Shown: piece after piece, positions 17,417 through 26,376 of the stretch
Numbering within the stretch: the first letter of the stretch is position 1
Layout: every line of letters starts with the position of its first letter
IMG/VR virus record: IMGVR_UViG_3300047160_002226
Span: 32,001-96,000 of that record
Origin: a virus
Strand: one strand, 5' to 3'
Length of the DNA stretch: 64,000 bases
Position numbers and translations under genes: made by a program
Notes under the pieces: model-generated
Seen by the model: the letters and a program-made list of their open reading frames with translations, nothing else
Database searches by the model: none
Told to the model about the DNA's origin: nothing

Positions 17417-19206
17417 AGCTGCTTATGGAAGGTGCTGGTGGGGCACAGTACTTTTCGCTCCAAGATCTACGAAAGTCGCCTGACGGTGGGCGCACCCTTC
17501 TCCAGCTCACAGAGTCGGAGTTGTCAGCGTTTCTAAATGAGCGCCTGAGCCCGATGGCACCCCCCGTATCGAGTACCAGTACAAACAAAGTGCTGGATGA
17601 AAAAGCGCGTTTTTTGCTCGAAGCACGAGATAGCGACGGCTATCTCTACGTTGAAGGCCCATTCCAAGAAGCTGACAAGAAGAACGGGAATGGACGAATA
17701 TATGAGCGCGGGTTGTGGGAAGCAATTAGCACGAACCGCAAGCTCTTTGAACGTTGTCTCAACGGTGGCGCGATGGGCCACATGGAGCACCCGAAGGACG
17801 GGCGCACCGATCTCTCGCTGGTTTCTCACTTGATCGTTCCTATCAAGGAGAACGCAATCTTCGATATTGATGCAGGTGGCAGAGTTCTCGGGCGTGCCAA
17901 GATCCTCAATACAACTGCGGGAAAGAATCTGCAGGAACTTTTCCGTGGTGGTGCTCGGGTCGGAATCTCATCGCGCGGCAAGGGCTCGACATTCCGTCGA
18001 GGTGGCCTGGAGTACGTCGCACGCGACTACCAGTGGGACACCTTTGACACGGTTTCGACCCCTAGCGTCGAGATAGCAGTTCCTACTCCAGTTGCAAGCG
18101 CTGCTCCCGCTGCCCAGCCGTCTATATCAGCGGAACCTGTCCTTGCAGGAGTTGCCGATTCAGCAGCCCGTAACGGTTACGGCGAGTCGCTGGAGGGGAA
18201 CAAGAAGAACACCAAAGCTACGGAGGCTACAAGAAACATGAGTGGGCTCGATACGCTCAAGAAGCAGGAAGCCCGCGTTCGCGAGATTGCAGAGAGCCTT
18301 GACGGTTCCGACGCAATCAAGCTAGCGGGTGTCCGTGATGAGCTTCTAGAGATGCAAATGGAAGCTCGTCGTCAGGTGGAGCAGGACCCTACCCTCCGCG
18401 ACTACGCAGATGATCTTGCTGGCGCAGCGAAGGAAGTCCGCACAAAGGCAACGGCTCAGCTAGAGAGCCTTACCGACAAGTCACTCACAGAGTCCGTCAA
18501 GAAGGCTGTTGCAGGCAATCTTGATGAGGCCGCAGGCGAGGACGTGAAGTCACTGCTTGCCAAGACTCACGAGCGCATGGAGCACTATCGCTCGCAGTGC
18601 CAGGAACTCGCTGAGAGCGAGAACACTGTCACACGCAGAGAGTACGAGGCATCCGTCGCCATCGCTGATGGTCTTCTCAAGGAATGCAAGAAGTTCCAGG
18701 CTGAGAACGCCGATCTCAAGGAATCCCTCATCGTCAAGGAGAAGGAACTTGAGGAACTTGGCGAGGCTATTACCGCCGAAGGTGGCGTTGTAGATCCTGC
18801 TGAGTTCGGAGTCCTCAAGGAGCGCTACGAGAAGTCGCTACTCATCATCGAAGAGCTTGCTCAGCGTATCCGCAGTGCTCAGGTCCACGACCGTGTCGAG
18901 GAGTGCATCCGTCAAGAGCCGACGCTTGGTCGGGTCCGCGATGTTCTTCTTGAGTCGAAGACCGTCGAAGAGGTCAATACGAAGGTCGGGCAGATGCTCA
19001 AGTTGCTTGAGGGACAGATGGTCTATGTGCCTGTCAAGCCCGCTGTCCCAGCTCCGAAGGCGCAGAGCAATGTTGCAGCTACCGCAGCATCGCTCCTAGA
19101 GTCGCGCGCACAGCCTCCGAAGCCCCGTCCAACGTCGCCTGTGCTTGCTCACAGGATCGGTCTCATCGAGTCCATCGTCAAGAAGAACGGTGCATTCCGC
19201 AAGTGA
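17404..19206 (+). CDS. prohead protease (T4 gp21-like) fused to a coiled-coil scaffold protein
   Basis: LYVEGPFQEADKKNGNGRIY, GHMEHP, VSH, ILNT..GK, VGISSRGKG; C-terminal half is E/K/A-rich coiled coil with many LxES sites. Confidence 0.9.
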   Translation: MGEMKLLMEGAGGAQYFSLQDLRKSPDGGRTLLQLTESELSAFLNERLSPMAPPVSSTSTNKVLDEKARFLLEARDSDGYLYVEGPFQEADKKNGNGRIYERGLWEAISTNRKLFERCLNGGAMGHMEHPKDGRTDLSLVSHLIVPIKENAIFDIDAGGRVLGRAKILNTTAGKNLQELFRGGARVGISSRGKGSTFRRGGLEYVARDYQWDTFDTVSTPSVEIAVPTPVASAAPAAQPSISAEPVLAGVADSAARNGYGESLEGNKKNTKATEATRNMSGLDTLKKQEARVREIAESLDGSDAIKLAGVRDELLEMQMEARRQVEQDPTLRDYADDLAGAAKEVRTKATAQLESLTDKSLTESVKKAVAGNLDEAAGEDVKSLLAKTHERMEHYRSQCQELAESENTVTRREYEASVAIADGLLKECKKFQAENADLKESLIVKEKELEELGEAITAEGGVVDPAEFGVLKERYEKSLLIIEELAQRIRSAQVHDRVEECIRQEPTLGRVRDVLLESKTVEEVNTKVGQMLKLLEGQMVYVPVKPAVPAPKAQSNVAATAASLLESRAQPPKPRPTSPVLAHRIGLIESIVKKNGAFRK

Positions 19207-19249
19207 GCGGAGTGAGTAAGCACCAGGTAAACAAGAAGGAGAAATTACA

Positions 19250-20650
19250 GTGATTAGCGCACCCGATGTGCCCGCGCTCATGGATACTCGCGAGCGTTCG
19301 AGCCTTCTAGAGCAGAACATCTCCTGGGGTCGGCAGCTTGCCGAATCCAAGTGGGGTGCTGAATGCCAGGGTCTCCAGGGGTTTGACGCGGCTTGCTGCG
19401 CCATCCTTCTTGAGAACATGGAGAAGTACTTCCACAGCCTTACGGAGACAACCAAGGCCATCTCGATTGGCGACTTCGAGAAGTTTGCGTTCCCGATTGT
19501 TCGGGCAGTGTTCCCGAACCTCATTGCGAACGAGATCGTCTCGGTTCAGCCAATGTCTGGCCCAATCTCGCTTGTCTTCTACCTCGATTTCACATACGGG
19601 AACTCGAAGGGCTCGATCAACAAGGGCGACCTTGCGTTCAGCAGCCTAACGGGTCCTGCGTCGAATGCATCTTACACCAGTGAGACCATCGATGTCGAGG
19701 CAGTAGCAACGACAGACGGCGTCAACACGCACTTCGAGACCAACCTTGCTTGGCTCCCGATTCGTGCTGGCACGGTTGTCATGACAGACGGCACGCTCAC
19801 CCTCACGGACAACGGCGCAGGCGTTCTTGTGTCGTCTCCTGCAGGTGCGTCGGGCACTGTTGACTACAACAGTGGCCGCGTGACGATTGACTACGTCGCT
19901 CTTCCTGCGGCTGGTCTGCCGATCACGGTGACGTACGAGTTCGATATGGAGGCCAACCAGAACCTCCCGCAGATCGACCTCCGCTTGACCTCAACGCCCG
20001 TTACAGCGCGTCCGCGTAAGCTGCGCGCTCGGTGGTCGCTTGAGGCTTCCCAGAACCTCCAGGCTCTCCACGGCCTAGACGCTGAGGCTGAGCTTGTGGC
20101 GGTCATCGCTGAGGAGATCAAGCGTGAGATCGACCGTACGATTCTCAACGACCTCTTCAACGGTGCAATCGGCGGCTCTGGCGCCTTCGACCGCAAGGTG
20201 CCTGATGGCATCTCGTTCACGGAGCACAAGCTCTCGTTCATCGACACCATCGTTGAGATGTCGAACGAGATCTTCCGTGTAACGCAGCGTGCGCACGCCA
20301 ACTGGCTTGTCACTGGAATGCAGGGCGCGTCGATCATCGAAACGCTTCCCACATTCAAGGCTGAGCCTGTTCCTGCTGGCGTCACGGGTCCTGTCCGTAT
20401 CGGCGTCCTCAACGGTCGCTGGGCGGTCTACAAGGATCCGCAGATGGCCGTCGAGCGGTTCCTCGTCGGTTACAAGGGCGGAACGTTCCTTGACGCGGGC
20501 TACGTCTATGCCCCGTTCATCCCGCTCTACGCAACGCCTACGGTCCTGCTTGACGACTTCCTCGGTCGTAAGGGCCTGGCAACGCGCTTCGGCAAGAAGT
20601 TCATCAACGGTCGTTACTACTCAAAGGGCACGATCATCACGAGCGCGTAA
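19250..20650 (+). CDS. gp23: major capsid protein, T4 gp23-like
   Basis: PIVRAVFPNLIANEIVSVQPMSGP, VTARPRKLRARWSLEASQNLQALHGLDAEAEL, EIKREIDR, VGYKG..LDAGYVYAPF; AAGGAG RBS. Confidence 0.97.
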   Translation: MISAPDVPALMDTRERSSLLEQNISWGRQLAESKWGAECQGLQGFDAACCAILLENMEKYFHSLTETTKAISIGDFEKFAFPIVRAVFPNLIANEIVSVQPMSGPISLVFYLDFTYGNSKGSINKGDLAFSSLTGPASNASYTSETIDVEAVATTDGVNTHFETNLAWLPIRAGTVVMTDGTLTLTDNGAGVLVSSPAGASGTVDYNSGRVTIDYVALPAAGLPITVTYEFDMEANQNLPQIDLRLTSTPVTARPRKLRARWSLEASQNLQALHGLDAEAELVAVIAEEIKREIDRTILNDLFNGAIGGSGAFDRKVPDGISFTEHKLSFIDTIVEMSNEIFRVTQRAHANWLVTGMQGASIIETLPTFKAEPVPAGVTGPVRIGVLNGRWAVYKDPQMAVERFLVGYKGGTFLDAGYVYAPFIPLYATPTVLLDDFLGRKGLATRFGKKFINGRYYSKGTIITSA

Positions 20651-20695
20651 AGCAGCGTGAAGAAGTCTCAGCAGTAGTAGTGGGTCTAGGTGGGA

Positions 20696-20735
20696 ACACC
20701 CAAGGGATCGTCAAGGTCCCTTGGGTGTCTCTCTG
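20696..20735 (+). terminator. hairpin terminator after the major capsid gene
   Basis: ACACCCAAGGGA...TCCCTTGGGTGT 12-bp perfect stem followed by a pyrimidine run. Confidence 0.65.
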
Positions 20736-20738
20736 TAC

Positions 20739-21290
20739 ATGGGAAATCGGCTAGAGCGCTACTTCTCGAATCTCCCTGAGCGCGGCATGAAGCTGAATAA
20801 GCTTCTTATCGCTGGGAAGACGTTGTTGGATGACGAGATCTGGCTCTTGGTCAAGGACTTTGAGTGCGAGCTAAGCGAAGTCTTCGTCAACCAAGAGACT
20901 ATCCTTGAGAGAATAGGCTATAGGACGTTCTATTACTCTCAAAGTGATACATGGCTCAATGCAGATGACAGAACTGCTCTCATGGAGTTCATCGCTGACA
21001 AGGAGAAGGATTGGATCGGTTGTGCTGTAACTGGCTCATGTGACAAGTTCGATAGACTTTTTACAGAGTCCGTTCTTGGTAGAGCCCACAACGGCTACTT
21101 CGTGCGTCACGTCATCGTTACTCTTGCACGAGCTGTTGTACATCCAGAGAGCTTCGACTATCTCAGAGCCCAACCATCTCTTGTAAAGCACGTCAAGCGA
21201 GTCGAATACTACCGTCTTCCTTGTGAGGAGATAGCGCATAGGTGGCTCCAGGGCCAGACCCTCGATCCAAGGCGCCTCTGCTGGAGATAG
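20739..21290 (+). CDS. hypothetical protein
   Basis: About 183 aa; ATG just after the hairpin. Confidence 0.65.
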   Translation: MGNRLERYFSNLPERGMKLNKLLIAGKTLLDDEIWLLVKDFECELSEVFVNQETILERIGYRTFYYSQSDTWLNADDRTALMEFIADKEKDWIGCAVTGSCDKFDRLFTESVLGRAHNGYFVRHVIVTLARAVVHPESFDYLRAQPSLVKHVKRVEYYRLPCEEIAHRWLQGQTLDPRRLCWR

Positions 21291-21293
21291 CCC

Positions 21294-22733
21294 ATGTCAA
21301 ACGTGATCCACCAGATGATCCAGGGCGTGCTCTCAGAGATGGCAGCTCGCAATAAGGATAAGGACATTGCCCTCGTTGCCAAGTGGTTCCTCCACAAGCA
21401 CCAGAAGGGCGAAGATGCTATGTCACAAGCGGCTTTCGCTAAGAAAGCTGGCATAGATCAAGCTTCATTCAATCGTCTAGCGAAGATTCATCGTGACGAT
21501 GCGCTTGCTTCGCTCCAAGGTAAGGGTCACGATGCACAAAAGGTTAAGGCGTCGATTACTCCAAAGTACCGCACAGGGCGCCCAAGCAGCAAATCAGATG
21601 AAGAATGGCACGATATCGTCGCAGACTTTAACCAGATGCGCGAGAAGGATCCTGACTGGTCCTACTACGCGCACGCGAAAAGGCACAGTATCAGCTCTAT
21701 CGACACGCTCAAAGCAAAGGTTGGCGAGCTGCTAGGTAAGATCAAAAAAGCTGGCGAAACGAAGCGCGCCAGGGTAGCAGGGCTCGCTAAGGCTCGCGAC
21801 GTTCTAGCAACGAAGCGCGCCGCCAAGAAGAAGAAGCCAGATCCAGAGGTCTCCCTACCTCCTCCTAAGCATGAGATTCCTGAGCCTATTGTCATGGCGC
21901 CGCCACCAATTAGAGCGCCTATGTCACCTCATCCTTCGTTGCCACCTACACCGCATGTTGCGATGCCGCCAGAAACGCACATTGGAGCTGAATACGGTCT
22001 ACTTGGCTTCGCTCCAACGGTAGGCACAAGTCTCAGGGGGCAGATCCATCCACCAATCCACATGCAGCCACCAGCTCCCGTTCCAACGGTAGGAATGGCT
22101 CATCATCCTCCGCTTGAGGTCACGCATAAGGTTGATCCTCTTGCAACACTTGATCTTTGGACGCGCCCATATAGCCACACTACGATAGAGGAGCCACGCG
22201 CACCAGAAGATGTCATAAGAGCCCATCTCCAGCAACCAGGACCAGAGCTTCCCCACCACGAGCCTTTGCGCAAGCAGCTTGCTAAGGTAACAGGTGAGAA
22301 AGCTCCTCTCCGTGGCTGGAAGTTTCCTGAGAGAAAGCCTCGTGTCCTTCTCATCGGTGGCACATCCAGTGTGCCTGAGTGGGCAAAGGATCGTTTTGAA
22401 CTCCTTGTCATCGATGGTACAGCTTCGGGCCGTATGGAATCTTCGGCTTACAACAAGATCTTGAAGTTCCATCCAGACCTCATTCTTAGTAACAAGCAGA
22501 TACGTCCGACGCTAAGAGAGCCAGTCAAGACCGCCGCCGATTACATCGACAAGCCTTACGTTCACTCGTTCCAAGGAAGCTGGTCACAGGCGTTTCACAC
22601 GGCGGCTGATCGTTACCGCCTTGAGTGGGTCACTGCAGCATCAGAAGAGAACGAAAGTCTGAAAGACGCGATTTACGATGTCATCAAGAATGGCTCGATA
22701 CACGGAGCTATCTCTGATATACTTCGATCATAG
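21294..22733 (+). CDS. multi-domain protein: tandem HTH, Pro-rich linker, DUF2325-like alpha/beta domain
   Basis: MSQAAFAKKAGIDQASFNR (HTH); WSYYAHAKRHSISSIDTLK (second HTH-like); RVLLIGG...PDLIL...VKTAA...KPYV (DUF2325-like); C-terminal shared motif. Confidence 0.6.
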   Translation: MSNVIHQMIQGVLSEMAARNKDKDIALVAKWFLHKHQKGEDAMSQAAFAKKAGIDQASFNRLAKIHRDDALASLQGKGHDAQKVKASITPKYRTGRPSSKSDEEWHDIVADFNQMREKDPDWSYYAHAKRHSISSIDTLKAKVGELLGKIKKAGETKRARVAGLAKARDVLATKRAAKKKKPDPEVSLPPPKHEIPEPIVMAPPPIRAPMSPHPSLPPTPHVAMPPETHIGAEYGLLGFAPTVGTSLRGQIHPPIHMQPPAPVPTVGMAHHPPLEVTHKVDPLATLDLWTRPYSHTTIEEPRAPEDVIRAHLQQPGPELPHHEPLRKQLAKVTGEKAPLRGWKFPERKPRVLLIGGTSSVPEWAKDRFELLVIDGTASGRMESSAYNKILKFHPDLILSNKQIRPTLREPVKTAADYIDKPYVHSFQGSWSQAFHTAADRYRLEWVTAASEENESLKDAIYDVIKNGSIHGAISDILRS

Positions 22734-22738
22734 AACCA

Positions 22739-22826
22739 AGTTCGGAGCAACGTCTTCTTCTATGGCTGGTGAAGAGGGGAGTTCGCTCCGAACTGTAGAT
22801 AACACCTACACCCCTCTTCCCCAGCC
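22739..22826 (+). promoter_or_regulatory. intergenic structured RNA element with two alternative folds
   Basis: 22739-22748 pairs perfectly with 22785-22794; alternatively 22764-22779 pairs with 22811-22826. Confidence 0.45.
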
Positions 22827-22848
22827 CTACGGAATGGAGTTTTGATTT

Positions 22849-23322
22849 GTGATGACTGAAAAGACTGATACGGCGGCTGAACCTGAGTTCATCAATGCCA
22901 CCAACACGAGGCTCATGCTTTCCACTGAGGGGAGAGCGACGTTCTGGCTGGATCCTGGCAAGACGGTGAAGGGTAAGCGCTACCGCGCTTTCATTCCGAT
23001 AGGGCTCAAGGAGGTCAAGAGCGAGCCTTTTCCAGCAGCTCCAAAGCCGCCTCAAGCTGCGGCTAAGCCATCTCTGGAAGCTCTTTTGGCGAAGACAGCG
23101 GCAAAGGTGGAAGCCGTAAAGCCAGTGCAAAAGACTTCGCAGCAGAAGCGTGATGGAGAGCCAACGATCTCGAAGGCTTTGCCATCTGACGATGAGATTT
23201 CAACTCCAATCGTCTCTGACCCAACTAACTTCCCGTTTGCGTGTGATGCAGAAGGTTGCACCGAACGGTTTGGCTCTGCGAGTGGCCTCAAGAACCACAA
23301 GAGGCGACACGCGAGCAGCTAA
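22849..23322 (+). CDS. hypothetical protein with C-terminal C2H2 zinc finger
   Basis: FACDAEGCTERFGSASGLKNHKRRH = F-x-C-x4-C-x3-F-x5-L-x2-H-x3-H. Confidence 0.75.
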   Translation: MMTEKTDTAAEPEFINATNTRLMLSTEGRATFWLDPGKTVKGKRYRAFIPIGLKEVKSEPFPAAPKPPQAAAKPSLEALLAKTAAKVEAVKPVQKTSQQKRDGEPTISKALPSDDEISTPIVSDPTNFPFACDAEGCTERFGSASGLKNHKRRHASS

Positions 23323-23334
23323 GGAAGCGTAGCG

Positions 23335-24063
23335 TTGTCACTCCAGTACGAGGATGTAAGGAACTATGTGCGCCTCCGTCTCGGTTCTGGCTTCGTCCGA
23401 ATCGAGCTGGAGGATAAGCACATTGACCTCGCTACCGACGAGGCGGTGAAGGTCTATGGGCGCTTCATCCCGCTCCTGCGCTTCAAGAAGATCCAACTTG
23501 TAGATGCCGATGAACCTTCGACTGATAACCCGACTGGTCGGGCCTATCCACTCGATTCAGATATCACTGGCATCTACAAGATGGACTTCGTCTTCCGCCA
23601 GACCTCTCTGGCGGTAGTCGAAGACATCTTCCATCGCCGTTACTATGAGCCTATCCATGATATGGACTCGTATGCACGGTATCTTCACTACATAGATATG
23701 CTCAAGCGGGTTCTTTCAATTGAACCTGATTGGAGCTTCGACCGTACTGATCCGCATAACCCAAAGGTATGGATCTGGGCACCTCGCCAGGCTCAGACTA
23801 TCCTCGCTTGTGCTGTTTGTTACGTGAAACGTGGATTGCACCAGATACAACCACTGCATGAGGACTGGATCGAGCGATACTCTCTGATGCAGTGCAAGGA
23901 AACACTGGCTCGTCCTCGTAGTAAGTGGCAGAACATCCCAGCTCCATCAGGTGGTCAACAGCTCGACGGCCAGATGCTCCTCTCAGAGTCGAAAGAGGAG
24001 AAGGCCGAACTCATGGCAGAGATCAAGTCGTGGCAAACGACTCTCCCGCCGATCTGGGGGTAA
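23335..24063 (+). CDS. neck protein, T4 gp13-like
   Basis: YVRLRLG...IELE...I..A; WIERYSL..CKE.L...RSKW..IP.P.G...LDG..L..E. Confidence 0.85.
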   Translation: MSLQYEDVRNYVRLRLGSGFVRIELEDKHIDLATDEAVKVYGRFIPLLRFKKIQLVDADEPSTDNPTGRAYPLDSDITGIYKMDFVFRQTSLAVVEDIFHRRYYEPIHDMDSYARYLHYIDMLKRVLSIEPDWSFDRTDPHNPKVWIWAPRQAQTILACAVCYVKRGLHQIQPLHEDWIERYSLMQCKETLARPRSKWQNIPAPSGGQQLDGQMLLSESKEEKAELMAEIKSWQTTLPPIWG

Positions 24064-24066
24064 GCC

Positions 24067-24642
24067 ATGAACGAACCTTCTTTCGTCATCCCGCCCAATC
24101 CAGATGTGCCTTCGCCTCCTTGGGCGCAAGGTCTGTGGACTGGCGAAGGTCTGGAGACCACAGATCTAGAACAAGCGAAGCAGTTCCAAAGGGAACAGTT
24201 CGACCTGTTCTTCCCAAGACTCCCTATCAAGCGGCTCGACCGTAAGCGCACACCTTTCGACCCTATCCGTGGCGAACCTCAGCTTAGGTACGGTCCCACA
24301 GGACGTGTGCTTCCGCCTGATCGGCAGAAGCGTTTCCTAGCTCCTATCTACTATCCGACCTATCCTGACCACCATCCTCGTGAGAATACGCTCATAAAGT
24401 ACGGGATGGATCACCCTCGCGATGCAGCGTTCACTTACCTCGACTTCGTTCTCAGGGCCAACAACGTGATCCTTGTGCCTGGTGATTTGATCGAGTGGGA
24501 GGGCCAAGACTTCGAGATCAAGGCGATACAAGCTCCTACGATGGCATATTGGGTCAATACGCCATTTCATTTCTACTTCATTGCCTTCTGTGACCTCTAC
24601 AGGACAGAGGGTAATCGTGTGGAGTCGTGGCGTGATCCGTGA
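24067..24642 (+). CDS. neck/head-closure protein, gp14-like
   Basis: Synteny; DPIRGE...F..P, KYGM..., PGDLI motifs. Confidence 0.65.
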   Translation: MNEPSFVIPPNPDVPSPPWAQGLWTGEGLETTDLEQAKQFQREQFDLFFPRLPIKRLDRKRTPFDPIRGEPQLRYGPTGRVLPPDRQKRFLAPIYYPTYPDHHPRENTLIKYGMDHPRDAAFTYLDFVLRANNVILVPGDLIEWEGQDFEIKAIQAPTMAYWVNTPFHFYFIAFCDLYRTEGNRVESWRDP

Positions 24643-25072
24643 GACTAGAGAAAAAGGAACGACTCCTGCCCAGGCCAAGCGCATGGCTGCTGGCGCTAAG
24701 AAGGGAATTGACAAGGAGTTCGAGAAAACCAAGAAGGGCGCTGAGCACGCTGCTCAGCGTCGGGCTGAAACATTCAAGAATGCGGTCATACAGAAGCTCC
24801 AGGCAGCGTCTACTTCTACAGGAACCTCAACGTCTCTTGGAGATGGGATACCTGCACTTATCGAGGCGCTAGAGGTTAAGCCGCAGCGTGTCCGAGGTAT
24901 GACAGGCTTTGTAATTGGACTCAAGAACCCAAAGGCTATCGACAAGGAAACAGGCAAGAGTCTTGAGACTATTGCTAAATCAATCGAATATGGAACCTCT
25001 GGGCAAAAACCCCTGTCACCGTGGCGGTGGGTCGCCCGTAGGATCGGAACCATCAAAGACACAGGACGCTAA
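24632..25072 (+). CDS. tail completion protein (HK97 gp10-like)
   Basis: IAKSIEYGT..KP..PWR motif; GTG 24632 follows GGAG. Confidence 0.6.
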   Translation: MIRETREKGTTPAQAKRMAAGAKKGIDKEFEKTKKGAEHAAQRRAETFKNAVIQKLQAASTSTGTSTSLGDGIPALIEALEVKPQRVRGMTGFVIGLKNPKAIDKETGKSLETIAKSIEYGTSGQKPLSPWRWVARRIGTIKDTGR

Positions 25073-25104
25073 GAAGCCTGTCTTCTAGGTTGAAGGAGCT
25101 ACTC

Positions 25105-25494
25105 ATGGCAAATCTCGTTGGAAACCCAAGCGCACCGCTCAGTGGCGTCCGTAAGCTCTCGTTGGGCTCGGAAGTTGCCGAAGACCAGATCCATGGCGAG
25201 GTCGATAGCACCAATCAGGCTCTTCTGAACATGATTGTTGCCGCCAATCCTGGCCTGGCTGGTTCAGGTGGCGCTGTGGCAATGGAGGCGTTCACTCTCG
25301 TCGCTGCTCAGACGGATGTCATCCTCTCCAGGGATGCCACAGCTCTCATTGGCGTGATCGGCTTCTCGCCAGAACCAGGGGCCATCGTCGCCGCGCTCGG
25401 TATCACTGGAGCCACGATTGACGGCACGAACCATGCGAAGGTTGACCTTGCTGGTACTGTTACCGCAGGTCAGCTCCTAGTTCTCTACAAGTAA
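25105..25494 (+). CDS. small virion protein
   Basis: AAGGAG RBS, Ala/Gly-rich, highly biased codons. Confidence 0.65.
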   Translation: MANLVGNPSAPLSGVRKLSLGSEVAEDQIHGEVDSTNQALLNMIVAANPGLAGSGGAVAMEAFTLVAAQTDVILSRDATALIGVIGFSPEPGAIVAALGITGATIDGTNHAKVDLAGTVTAGQLLVLYK

Positions 25495-25530
25495 GCGCAG
25501 AGAGCAAGCGCTTAGTGTCAAAGGTATCCT

Positions 25531-26373
25531 GTGGTCTTCGACGGAACGTGGTCAAATGACCCGACAATGCCTGGCGTACGCGCTGATCGGTATCTACCGA
25601 ACACGCCAGATCAACTGGCAGCGTACGACCAGGCTTTGTTCTGTTGGCTTCGCAGGATGACTTTTGATTATGGTTCGGAAGGCCATCCAGTTATTGAGCC
25701 TCTTCGTGTAGTGAAGGCTACTCCTGAGCGGGCATTCGCTGAGCTTGCTTACAAGGAGAAGCTAGAGGACTACGAGACAAAGCAGGATCAACTACCTCTT
25801 CCATTGTGCTCATTTGTTCGCACGGATCTAACTCCAGATAAGTCGCGTTTCAGAGTTAGCAAGTTCCATGCGTCGTATACGAATCCGCCGAACATGCTTT
25901 ATCCTCGTGCGTCTACAAAGGATGAGATTTACAGGGGATGCTATCCCCAGCCTTACAACCTCACATATCAGCTTGACTTTTGGGCTAGATACGAAGCCAC
26001 AATTGACCAGATACGAGTGTGGCTAGCTCTTGCAGTTCGGTATCTGACTTATTTCTATCTGCCTGTGAACTTCTCTTCACTCCCAGGATTCGGTCGGTTC
26101 TTTCAGAACCAGAATGTGTATGTGACGTTTAGTGGTTTGCAAGACGCTTCTGACCTGGAACCTGGAGCAGAGCAGCGTATCGAGCGGGTGACATCGACTC
26201 TTGACGTTCAGGGCTGGTTCTTCTTCCCAGAAGAAACGCAGAAGACGGTTCTCGACGGAATTGTGGATGTCTCCATTACTACCGAGGTTGGTGTCGATCT
26301 CGATACGGTAGACCCTGCAACGCTTATCACAGAGCGCGTCGAGGTGAAGGCAGACGTAGCAGAAGGCAAATGA
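25531..26373 (+). CDS. tail terminator/sheath stabiliser, gp15-like
   Basis: ATPERA...LPLP..S...D..R, PQPYNLTYQLDFWA; lies just upstream of the sheath gene. Confidence 0.75.
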   Translation: MVFDGTWSNDPTMPGVRADRYLPNTPDQLAAYDQALFCWLRRMTFDYGSEGHPVIEPLRVVKATPERAFAELAYKEKLEDYETKQDQLPLPLCSFVRTDLTPDKSRFRVSKFHASYTNPPNMLYPRASTKDEIYRGCYPQPYNLTYQLDFWARYEATIDQIRVWLALAVRYLTYFYLPVNFSSLPGFGRFFQNQNVYVTFSGLQDASDLEPGAEQRIERVTSTLDVQGWFFFPEETQKTVLDGIVDVSITTEVGVDLDTVDPATLITERVEVKADVAEGK

Positions 26374-26376
26374 GAA

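Noticed and set aside
22739-22826. tRNA or CRISPR mini-array
   Set aside because: No cloverleaf with T-loop and anticodon geometry, and no repeat-spacer periodicity.
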